A stretch of 64,000 bases of DNA, from contig NC_068991.1 in assembly GCF_001194135.2 (NCBI RefSeq), positions 79,018,854-79,082,853 on the forward strand, written 5' to 3'. How positions within the stretch are numbered: the stretch's first letter is position 1; the number at the start of each line of letters is the position of its first letter. Below, piece by piece: positions 52,811 to 64,000 of this stretch. Source of the stretch: Octopus bimaculoides (taxonomy: Eukaryota). The notes below the pieces were generated by a model. That model was not told the DNA's origin. It was given only the letters and a program-made list of their open reading frames with translations, and did no database searches. The position numbers and the translations under genes were made by a program.

Positions 52811-53454
52811 CTCTGCTAGTATTTTTTTTTGTTATGTGATAAGGTAGAATTTAATTAGCTATCGGCTGGCTCATGAAAAGTGAACCTTCTCAAAATGGTG
52901 AGTTACAAAATTACTCCGAAGCACTAACATTGATATATTGAATATGAAATCGATGTGTTAAAAAAAATAGCATTTGAAAAGTCGTCTGATACATTCTTGC
53001 AGAAACAAACGTATAAATACAAATCGACATCTCGGAAATTGTTATTGAATACAGAGTGAAAGTAAATGACAATAGTTGTGAGAGAAGTAATATATTCTAA
53101 AGTCACTGGATATCTTATGTGAATGACAGGGAAGACTGGGATATTGTCGTCATTGGTTCTTTGGCCATATAAATAGGAGTAAGTCTTAAATTATTGCGCA
53201 GAAGGTCTCAGACTGGTGATGTCAATATAAATAATGTTCAGCTTGAAACTTTCTAGGCTTATATAAGACCTGCACAGTGGGTAAGATTGAGAAGGGTGCA
53301 ATGCAAGAACAGAAAAAAGGAGTGAATTATGCGTTTTATGAAAGGCTGAGGAGTAAAACAGAGAGATTGTGAGATAATAAGTGGGTGCTGCAAATGGTGT
53401 ATGATATGAGGTAGAGTGCACATTGCCTATTCATAGAATCAGAAACTGTAGTAG

Positions 53455-53478
53455 CAACATTAACAACAATAGTAGTAA

Positions 53479-53571
<93 letters not shown>

Positions 53572-53632
53572 CATCAGCAGCGGCGTTAGTAGTAGTGATA
53601 GTAGTAGTAGTGGTAGTTTTAGTAGTAGTGCA
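53455..53632. repeat. (AGT)n trinucleotide microsatellite
   Basis: Directly visible. It is the source of the spurious poly-S/poly-T ORFs. Confidence 0.95.
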
Positions 53633-53821
53633 GGTGATTGAGAGAAGAAGCAATAAATCTGTGAACCAGTTATTCTAAAATAGTCTATTTGATTTAAAGC
53701 ACACTAAAGCATCGACGGCGTTTAAAGCAAGCCGTGTATATTTACATCTATCACGTCCGTGTACATTCAAACACAGAAAGAACTTTGCTGCGTTTCATTT
53801 AATCAACTACATCTTAACAAT

Positions 53822-54289
53822 GTTTTGCACACGACAGCAAATTTATTATTTGCTATTTCTCATGTAAGGACAGTTCTTAGTGGACTATGAATGGCTTCAG
53901 TGACTGTACCTGATGCAGGATAACGATGCAGAAAGCAGTTTCCTATAGTCCGATGACATGATTTTTAACTTAGCTCAGTGTATATTCACATACATTGTGT
54001 AAGGGGAGATTTTCTTTACAACGAGGTATTTCCATGTTTTTAAATGTACACGAATATATTAAATAAAACGCCATTTTACTTTACAGGTAATTGCATCTTG
54101 CCATTAAGCTGCGTGACATTTTAAAGAATATTCGCGAAGCAAACAATACAGAACTGGTTGTTAATACACTTATGACCAATTTTTCTTTTAAAATTAATCC
54201 TGTTTTCTCTTTTAATATCGATCTACGTCTGATTCCTATTTTTGTATGTGCGTGTTAGTTTATATATATATATATATATGTATATATGT

Positions 54290-54327
<38 letters not shown>

Positions 54328-55224
54328 GCATTAGTGTATAGATTTAAGTATAGTAGCGTGGATATGTGTGAAAATAAATATGTTAGTATTAGGCATGTAA
54401 TTGTCAATGATCGTAATTCTCGTTGCTCACATATTAGGATAAATTAAGGAAAGCTCAAAGACGTCGAATGAATACATAAGATGATAATTTAGTGATATTT
54501 AGTGGGCATTTTATAACCTCCGAAATTGATGCTCATGGGGAAAGAAGGTATCAGTACCATAATTTCCTGTTTCCACTTACGCTTAATATAGATGCTTTGA
54601 AAATAGAGATGCCTAGTGCATTGTCGAATATAAGCCAACAATATGCGATACTTTCCGACGTCTCTTCCGACTTTTATATGTAAGAGGAATAAGAATGAAT
54701 GGTTCACTGCCTCAGCCGTGATTAAAAACAACGTCAGCAAAATCAATTTGGAGAGCAAACAAGCGGACCTCTGTGTCGTTAGAATTAGAGGCGATCAAAT
54801 CTTCCTCTAATTATATATCCAGATTATTTTCGAAAAAACAAAAAACAAAAAAATGAAAATATTGGAAAATGCTGCTATAAATACATTGAATCAGAATAAA
54901 TGATGGAATATACAAAGCTATAGCATCTTTGAGCATGCATACGGAACTGAACAGGATCTATAAAAGAATAACAGTTTGAAATTTAAAAAAAAATTGTAAT
55001 CATTGGATGAGATGATTTCAGAGTGACAAAGTTTTGCACACGCCAGCAAATTTGTTTATTTATTATTTGCTATTTACATATTGAAACAGTTCTTAATGGG
55101 CAATGATCGACTGACACGGAGTCTGTAACTGATAAAATGTAACGATGCAGAACGTGCCCAAGCGTTCAATGACATTATATATTGACTAGCTTGATATGTT
55201 TTCACCCGCATTCTTTACAACGAG
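53822..55224 (+). repeat. Diverged ~200-bp direct repeat pair (53822-54025 and 55031-55224)
   Basis: Ordered shared anchors gttttgcacacg.cagcaaattt, ttattatttgctattt, cagttctta.tgg, taacgatgcagaa and ttctttacaacgag. Confidence 0.8.
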
Positions 55225-56038
55225 AATTTCTTCTCATGACCGCCTAATCATTATGAATTCTCTCAGCAGGGGTTGAATTATCGTGTTCCTACAGTCCAAC
55301 TTCGTTCATTATTTCCCCCCATCAAATAACTTTTGTATTATATGTATTTTTTTCCCTAGCTAGCAGATTGTGTATATTTGATTTCAGAGCCACATGTATC
55401 TCAATTATAGCTGAATGCTACAAAAGCTCATGCTAGTACACGAGGTACACATTTAACCGTCAATCAAATGATTATTTTTATGTATTTGCTATGCAATTTT
55501 GTCCTTAGAATTCAAAATATTAACATTTGAAGTTATTTGTATTTTTCACCGTGTTAGCATTACGACAAAATATGACCAACTAGTTTATTCAAACTTTTCT
55601 ATGAATCAAACTTAATTAGGGTTGATGCTGAACTATTCATAATAATGTTGAATATTTTGCCATCGAAAAGTCGGTAACATTTATTGTAGCTTGCAAGCAT
55701 ACGGAAATGTAAGAGAATGTGGTATTCTGAATTTCGTTTCTTTTGCAAAATTCCCTTAAATGTGTAAATATTTTAAGTTCAAGTCGTGGTAAATAATAGA
55801 CAAATTTGATTAGCCGGATTAGGTGAGGTGATTTGTAAAGATGTAAAATAAATCTTAAATTTAATTACACCAATTGTTTGGCTACAAAATATTTTACTTG
55901 TTTTGAATACTTACGTCTGTATAGTAAGAATATTTTATAAATTAGCCACAGGGGATATCAAGAATGTGGTATACAAGATTAGGATTGATATATGTATTTT
56001 CAGAGAGAGAAAGATAGATAGATAGATAGATAGAGAGG

Positions 56039-56071
<33 letters not shown>

Positions 56072-57169
56072 AGTAAACAAATTTCGTTAAATGTAAACGG
56101 ATAATTAATCGTAGTTAAATAGAAGTTAATTGAATACACAAACTTATTGAAATCTCCATACGATATACATATGGAAATGAGGAGCGCACCTAAGTGCTTA
56201 TGGAGAAACGTTGGCGCGTGAACTGACGTACACACACGCGCGTGTGTGTGAGTGTGTATAAGTATTCCTATGTCAATGTATGTTTCTATTTACGCATGTT
56301 TTTATCAAAACTTTGCTGATTTCCACAGAAATAAAAGATTGCCAATAATAAGCATAATGAATTATTTGCTGCAGTTTTAGTTTTTCTTTTCTGCTTCGTC
56401 TGGCAAGAGTTAAGCTACAATAATCTAATCACCATATTACTTTACTCGTGATAGAATGAAATTGATCTCACCTACGTACAAAGCAACGGAAATTGTATGT
56501 CTGTAGCAACTCAATGATCACCAACTTTCTATTTGTGATCCGAGAAGTAACCAGCATTTAATATAATCATAAAACAAGTATCATTTATCACACCAATAAT
56601 TTTCCCTAACTGATTGATGCTTTCAGATTACAGATTTCAGAAATTGTGGCCTAAATGAAACCCTGTCAAAAAAGATAACGATGCAGTTCTTTGAAATGCT
56701 GCTGTTGTTGTTGTTTTGATGTTGCTGTATAGTCGCAGCATACCTGGCAGAGCAGAACTATTATCAAATTATATTGCGACGAATGTCTTTAAGATATAAT
56801 AGCTATCGGAATAATCAGCTGTATATCTGTGGGCTGATTTGATTCTGTTCAATGAATATTGACTGAAATTCATTTTTGCCTTTCTATGTTAGTTGTTGTT
56901 GTTCTTTTTGTTTGGCCGCTGGCGTTTAAGCCGTGATCATTTCGTATTTGTGTCAGATAAAGTGTATTCGAGACTACATCATTCTTGACGCACATGTTTG
57001 GTCCTTAGTTTAAAACAGCAGAGTCTGAGTTGAGGGACAGTTGACTGGTATTTCAAGTATGCCTCCTAAACCTGAAGAGACAATCATTGGTTCACGTGTT
57101 ACTAATTATGCAATTGTGATAAATAAACGTTTACAAACCATAGTGCGATCCATTGATCCATAATGATTT

Positions 57170-57540
57170 CTAATTGAGATACGAGGCCTGTAATTTTGAG
57201 GGGAAGGAATGAGTTGATACCAAATACTCTAGTGGTTTGACTGTCACGTTATTTTATTGTGCCCAGGAGGATACCAGGCAGAGTAGACTACGATAGGATT
57301 TGAACACAGGACATAAAAAGACAGAAGAAATATTGGTTTCAAACTTTGTTACAAGATCAGCGATTTCGAAGGAGGGGTGAATCGATTGTAGTGACCCCGG
57401 TGTTCAGTCGGTACTTATTTTATCGACCCCGAAAGGATAAAAGGCAAATCGACCTCGGCGGGATTTGAACTCAAAATGGAAGAAATATTGCAACGCATGC
57501 ATTATCCGACGCTCTAAAGAATGCTGCCAGCTTACTGCTT
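57170..57540 (-). mobile_element. Two tandem SINE family A copies
   Basis: tatcgaccccgaaaggataaaaggcaaatcgacctcggcgggatttgaactc at 57420-57472, plus a more decayed copy at 57170-57335. Confidence 0.8.
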
Positions 57541-58910
57541 GCTGAATTGCTCTTTGGATATGTGAAAACTCTCATAACCTTAGCCTAACCGATGCCGTGT
57601 GAAGAAAATTTGGTTGATGGAGACAATGTGGACGTATGCCGTATTCACTGGGTGTCCAGTGCTCCATCTGTATCAAAAGATGTAGTTCTTCACATGACAG
57701 GTGACGTAGGATAATCATTTTAAAATGTCACACAATTGAAGCCAAGCTCTGGAAGTTATACCAGCATGCGATGGTTAGATCTATAGGATTTTATCTCTTT
57801 TGTTACTATTTAAAACTACACTGACATTACCCCAATTCATTTTGATAATAATGAAGAAGTTAGGTGAATAAGTTTGTTATCATTAAGCTAATGTTTACAA
57901 TTTGAATTAACATAAAATTTTGATGAGAAGTTTTTATTAAGATCACTTTAAAACAGGGTATTTTGTATCTTAGAATTATGGGCCGTTTCAGGCGGGTTGT
58001 TAGGTTCAGTAAAGAACCGGTAAGAACTTCACTTAGAAATAGACTAAGTAGTAATGTTTTAATTTTATAAACACTTTAAAACATTCAATCATTAAACATT
58101 TAAATCGATGAATTGTGCGGTCAAATATATGACGAAATATTATTTAAGAATGTGTTATAACAACATAAATGATATTTGAGCACCACTTATATATTCAAAC
58201 ATACATATAAGCACATACAATGCACAAATAGTTATCTATATTCACCTGCTGAATGGAATGCTTAAAGATATAAAGCATTGTCGTCAAAGAGAGTATGAAG
58301 GTATAGTTCATATAATTTCTGTATACGATGCAGACGTATAACATGCTATTCTATTTCATTACATTTCTCTAGACTTATGCCATAGCCCCAAGTAATTCAT
58401 TAATTTTGTATTAATTCTTTACGATTTATATTAACATGAGGTGAAGTTTACTTTGTTCAGGTTTTGTGACTCATATTCTCCGTAAGGAAATAATTTTAAA
58501 TTCAGTAATTTTATACCGATATCCGTATAAATGCACTCACTTTGCCATCTTTGCAGGCCCTGTTTTTATATCGAGGATCACGTTTGCCGACTACTTTGTA
58601 TTCAATGGAATAGCACGAGGAATATATAATTTTTGAATGATTAGAGAAAAATGTGTTGCAGAAAAGACTGAGGTAAGACCGTAGTACACAAATTTGGAGA
58701 GGACGTCTCAGAGATTCGCACTTCTACAATGTAGACTAACGTCATACTTCCTGGTCGTTTATAATCATTAATATTTATTGGATGAACACTAAGAGTCATT
58801 ATTCTGCTTATTGCTTATCTGAGCTGTATTGATTCCCTGCAAATTACTACACACACACACACACACATACATACATACATACATACATACATACATACCT
58901 ATATACCCAC

Positions 58911-59165
58911 GGGCATATGGCATAATTGTTAAGAGCGCAGGCTACTAACCCCAAGATTCCGAGTTTGATTCCAGGCAATGACCTGAATAATAATAATAAC
59001 ATCACATCGAAAAAATACCTTAGGAATGAAAACTGCGGTTCGAAATTTCCCTAATATACCTGATGAAGGCTGAAGGGTTTATCAGCCAAAACAAGATGAG
59101 CACAAATATCCGTCAAATGTAAATAATGCAAATAATGTACATAAACCCTGATCTTTTACATATAG

Positions 59166-59170
<5 letters not shown>
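58911..59170 (+). mobile_element. tRNA-headed SINE-like element with a degenerate hammerhead core
   Basis: A-box-like TGGCATAATTG at 58918 and B-box-like GAGTTTGATTCC at 58961, then CTGATGA-A-GGCTG..CAGCC at 59060-59087. The GAAACGTTGTGTT part seen in the 1884-1929 copy is deleted. Confidence 0.7.
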
Positions 59171-59217
<47 letters not shown>

Positions 59218-59218
<1 letters not shown>

Positions 59219-59445
59219 ATCACATGAGAACTTTGCAACACAATTTCTTCACAGCAAATGGTCCAGCAATTTTCAATGTTATCCCAAAAGAAATTACAGT
59301 AGAAAAAGACCCCACAACTTTCAAACGGTATCTGGACGAATTCCTCCAGGAAATACCGGATAAACCACCTACCCTTGGCTACATCTCAACCAACAACAAC
59401 TCTCTGCTTGAGTGGTCCATGGTGTCCCAAAATAATTAACTAAAA
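59218..59445 (+). mobile_element. 3'-end fragment of a CR1/L2-group LINE
   Basis: GPAIFNVIPKEI....FKRYLDEFLQEIPDKP..GY....NSLLEW is the typical ORF2 C-terminus of invertebrate CR1-group LINEs. It is 5'-truncated at a (TA)n tract. Confidence 0.7.
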
Positions 59446-61085
59446 GACTTTTCCATATATATTTGTATGTATGTATGTATGTATGTATCTATCCAGGACT
59501 GTCAGAGTGTATATTCAAATTTACGAATGTAAATATATAAAAATTCATATCATCCTTTTAGTCAGTTGCTACTTAGTAATAACCTATGTTTATTACGTAA
59601 TACAACTAACGAAATAACTCCTAAATATTATATTGAATACTATACTTTTTGTTAACCAAAATCTTTTCATTTCAAATACAAATCAATATACCATAATATT
59701 ACATTAAACGAAAAATACATAATGTCTTTGAACGTTTAAAATACCGCTGAATAAATCAGCTATTAATATTCGTTTTTTTTTTTTTTTTTGAATTTTGATG
59801 CAATTTTACTAAAGTATCATGTCAGGTAGAGAGAAAAAAAGTTAAAACGCATAGAAGTATAGAACACAAAATTTTAAGTTGCTATATATGTATAATATAT
59901 ATATTATATATTTAGTAGTAAATAAAATGACTAAAATGCAAACAAACTTGTCGTAATATCGTATCCAACACTTTTCTTTTTTACATCGTAATAAACATTT
60001 TGAAGTAAAATGATATTTCAAATCTTAAGTTGAATTTTAAATTGAAAATATATGCAAAATTTTTAGCTGATTCTTTCAAGATAATACTTTGAAGCATATG
60101 AAATGAAAGTAAAACATATCTATTTGAAGATGTTAATATCGCAGCCGCAGATATACTCATGATTTAAAGGAGATTGCCTTTGAACCGCCTGATTACAGAT
60201 TAGATTCCAGTGTGTGGCACCTTGAATTACCAACATCTTCTATCGCTTCAAGTCGGTTCAATAAGTTTCCGTAATAAACAAAGGGTTGCCGGAAAATGCA
60301 CGGGCGTAATCTCATGCATTTTGTCTTTCTAAGACCACACTTCGTTGCCTATGATACTGATTCAGATTAGTTTACTAGTTTCACAGGAATAAAATCGATA
60401 TACTCACTTGAAATAGCATTACATTAAAAGAAGGATGTGTATAGCCTTTATATCACAAACACACACACACACACAAAGACACGTACAGTCACACACAGTG
60501 AACAGTGCTCGCGCTGAGAATGTTTATGAGAGAATAACCAGACACCGGTGTTTCGACCTGGTCTTTTCTCTTCATTGACAAAGACCCCCAGACAAGGTAC
60601 CAATACATAAAACGCATCAGAGCTGACGACCCTCTAAAATTAGCCAAGGTTGCTCCCCGTTTTTTAAGATATTAATAAAAGTGATAGGATCAAGAAGTTA
60701 CATCAAAATGTCTTCCAATTGTCTAACGAGCCTGGAACAGCTATAGGTATGCCCTGTTTCTCCTTTTCTCTGTGGAAAAAAGTTTCATAAGCAGAGAGAA
60801 AACATGAGTGAATACAACACATTGCACACAACATGTTGGTGAAAATTAAATCCAAACTGGAAACGTGTTTCGCTTCAAGACTGTACTATCTCTATGACCA
60901 GATATTGCTGCCTTCTTGATTTTGTCGTAATGAGAATATAATTAAATCGTTCAATGAAAAGCTGGTGAACATTGTAAAATCAATAACTGTTTCGTCGATT
61001 AAGGGGGGGGGGGTCTAACTAAGCTTCTCTTTTGGTTATGGTTAAATCTTATGGGCTCTTTAATTCAAGAGAACAGTTCTACTTT

Positions 61086-61238
61086 TTGTCTTTACGTTCT
61101 GTGTTCAAATACTGCGAGGTCGACTTTGCTTTTCATCCTTTCGGGGTCGATAAATTAAGTACCAGTTACGTACTGGTGTCGATGTAAACGACTGGCCCCC
61201 TCCCCAAAATTTCGGGTCTTGTGCCTAGAGTACAGAAA
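61086..61238 (+). mobile_element. SINE family A copy, 5'-truncated, with a 14-bp TSD
   Basis: gaggtcgactttgcttttcatcctttcggggtcgataaattaagtaccagt...ccccaaaatttcgggtcttgtgcctagagta, flanked by AACAGTTCTACTTT at 61072-61085 and 61239-61252. Confidence 0.9.
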
Positions 61239-62587
61239 AACAGTTCTACTTTCGATAGTTGATTCACATCATAAAAAAAATCGAGTAATGACAGAGAGAT
61301 CGGGGGCACTGGCAGAAACAGTAATACATCGCACTAATTCTTATGTAATGTTAGATTTCTCCTTGAAACATTTTGCTTTGAAATCTCAGGGAAGCTGCGT
61401 TGACTTGTACCTTTCTGTTATTGATAAATTCATTACTAGTCGTATGTTTAATCAATCTACTTACCCTCGATAGATCTAAAGCAAATATTTAAAATCAATA
61501 TTTAATTTAGTTAATGCATTCTCCTATAAGTTACAAAAGTCTACGATTTTTCATGGGTGAGAAGATGGGTGCATTTGTGATATAGCCATCGGTGATGTTT
61601 ATGAAATTAAACCGTTGCGATTAGATTTTGAATTAGAGTTGCTCACAAACACAGGCTCACACACATACAGGCTTACACACACATTTTTCTCATAGTTTAC
61701 TTACAATCGTACAGGGGTCATCATATACACAATTTGAATTACACAAACGCATATGCAAATGTATATGTATTTATATATTTTGATGGGATGTAGGTAGTTA
61801 TTGTGTTGTATCTTTGAATGACAATCGATAAATGTTAACAATATTGATTTATAGCTTTACTATCTGAAGAAAATTTAAAACAAAAGCACATTTTTTCACA
61901 ATGTTCACCATCCGTACTCCGAGGTCCCTGCAAATTAAACGGTAATTATTATTAAACTTTTCGTTTTCATTGTGATTTTCGTCCTCGTTAACGTTATTGT
62001 TAATTTTTCGCTTTTGTTCACATATCTGTCTCCAGGGATTTTCTTGATGTTATTGTTATAAAAACACAAGACGCTCGTTCAACCCTCTTCAAACATGTCA
62101 TTTCTCTACAATACCAACATTACATTAAACTGAACTGGTCATAATCTTTTCTGATATTTTATTCTAACATTCTTTGAGCAATATTATTAAAGGTACTGAC
62201 GTGTCCTACAAACATTATAAATCAATCATGTTGAAAAGCACATCGGCACAAAAGGCTGACATGTGCTCTTCTCTTACAAAGCCTCTTGTCATATCATATT
62301 TATCGTAAAATTACATTCAATTGAAAAGCAATTACTTAAATTCATTTCACATTTCGCTTTACACTATATTGTTTGTCATATCTTTATGGAAATTCACATC
62401 ACTGCACATCTAATTTATAATATATTTTACACAAGTGTATAAAAAAGCTAAGCATGACTTATATATTGGAAATGTTTTCAAGTGGCAAAATTAGTGTTCG
62501 GTTGTGTACGGCATCGCGATTTCCTTGCTGGGAATAAAACATTCCATTGCAGAGACAACAAGCAGAAGTGATTACAGGCTAATTTAC

Positions 62588-62940
62588 AGACGCTGGAGTG
62601 GCTGTGGTAAGTAGCTTGCTCACCAACCACATGGTCCCGAGTTCAGTCCCACTGCGAGCCAACCAAAGCCTTGTGAGTGGATTCGGTAGACGGAAACTGA
62701 AAGAAGCTCGTCGTATATGCATGTGTGTGTATATGTTTGTGTGTCTGTGTTTGTCCCACTAACGTCGTTTGACAACCGATGCTGGCGTGTTTACGTCCCC
62801 GTAACTTAGCGGTTCGGCAAAAGGGGCCGATAGAATAAGTACTAGGCTTACAAAGAATAAGTTCTGAGGTCGTCGATTTACTCGATTAAAGGCGGTACTT
62901 CAGCATGGCCGCAGTCAAATGACTGAAACGAGTAAAAGAG
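62588..62940 (+). mobile_element. SINE family B, near full-length
   Basis: tRNA-like head ggagtggctgtggtaagtagcttgct..gagttcagtcccactgcg, central gccttgtgagtggattcggtagacggaaactgaaagaagc, 3' cagcatggccgcagtcaaatgactgaaac. About 30 bp after cactgcg is missing relative to the 20487 copy. Confidence 0.9.
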
Positions 62941-62959
62941 GCATTTGCTATGGAATAGA

Positions 62960-62990
<31 letters not shown>

Positions 62991-63074
62991 GCAAATCATT
63001 AAAACGAGATATTTAATTATAGGTTTTAAATTTTGGCACAAAGCCAGCAAATTCGGTGGAGTGATCATGATATT

Positions 63075-63326
63075 AACGTGCAAGTGGCTGAGAAATCCAC
63101 AGACATGACTACCCTTAACCAGGCTTCCAGGGAAATTCAGCCTGACACAAAAATCTGACAAGGTTGGCCCTCTGAATTACAGGTACAACTCATTTTGTCA
63201 GCTGAGTGTTCTGGAGAAACGTGATATAAAGTGTCTTGCTCAAGGACACAACGCGCTGCCTGGAATCGAACTCACAACCTTATGACCTTGAACCGACGAC
63301 TCTAACCACTAAGCCACGCGCCTTCC
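63075..63326 (-). mobile_element. SINE family C copy
   Basis: gctgagtg.tctggag..aagtgtcttgctcaaggacacaacgcg..ggaatcgaactcacaacc..ctctaaccactaagccacgcgcc. Confidence 0.8.
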
Positions 63327-64000
63327 ATAAAGTGAATTAAAACATATGGCTGAAGAAAACCATGAATTATTTATGAAATATATATGTATGCGTTAAATGA
63401 TATTTGTTGTGGCAGATCTTCAGCCGATTGCAGCATATTGAAAAACAGTTGCCTTTTGAAGCACAACAGAACACGAAGTGGTTTACTTTTTTCATGAAAA
63501 GCTGTGATGCCTTCCGTTACACTTGAGCGAATAAAAAGTGTATAATTATGATAAAAAAAATTCTTAACGTTTGCAAATATTTATAGTTCATATGCATTAG
63601 ACATCTAACTGTTAATATTCTAAGTATAATTTTTATTGAGTCAGATGTAGGGAAAAAAATCTAGTTGTTTCCATACAATAATTATCACTAAATTTCCTTG
63701 ATTCATTCCAGATTTTAGAACATTTAATTTTCTGTTTCCTCGACACCGATTTCTACATACATTTACTCAGTTTCAGTTTAAGGGAACTATATAGAGGGAT
63801 ACGAATGTGTTAGATTTGTTATGGCTGCAAAGACAGACGGGATCGTTAAGTGTGCAGGGACGATGATTACGACCTTCAAACCTTCCTAACCAAGCCTCGA
63901 CTCTAACAAAAGTGGAATATGCCTCAGAGAAACTGAGCAGAAACCAGACCATAGCGGTTCGGCAAAAGACCCCGATAGAATAAGTACCAGGCATACAAAG

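Noticed and set aside
53336-53653. Poly-Thr/poly-Ser ORFs (also 16375-16626 and 37904-38092)
   Set aside because: Trinucleotide or low-complexity repeats without splice or homology support.
1-64000. CRISPR arrays, rRNA, operon-like prokaryotic systems
   Set aside because: No regularly spaced repeat-spacer arrays or rRNA-like sequence. The window is intron-rich eukaryotic DNA.

Overview
AT-rich, microsatellite-dense eukaryotic genomic DNA with many N gaps. The repeat content and gene suggest a coleoid cephalopod, probably Octopus (inference, not verified). Only one host gene is supported: a minus-strand class C GPCR, a metabotropic glutamate receptor most similar to group II / Drosophila mGluR. 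It has two very large coding exons: 36410-35042 (signal peptide plus the whole Venus flytrap) and 28277-27220 (cysteine-rich domain plus TM1-TM6). Canonical splice sites join them in frame. I could not find the TM7/C-tail exon or the 5' non-coding exon(s) in the readable sequence. The rest is intronic or upstream DNA: at least three tRNA-headed SINE-like families, decayed L1/Tx1-like and CR1-like LINE fragments, a TIR-bounded element, a possible non-autonomous Helitron, and microsatellites. The most unexpected signal is several Penelope-type minimal hammerhead ribozyme motifs in structurally different short elements. One lies in a family that carries a tRNA-derived SINE head, and one lies inside a 79-bp-TIR element. 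No rRNA, genuine tRNA or CRISPR is supported. All alignments and folds were done by eye.
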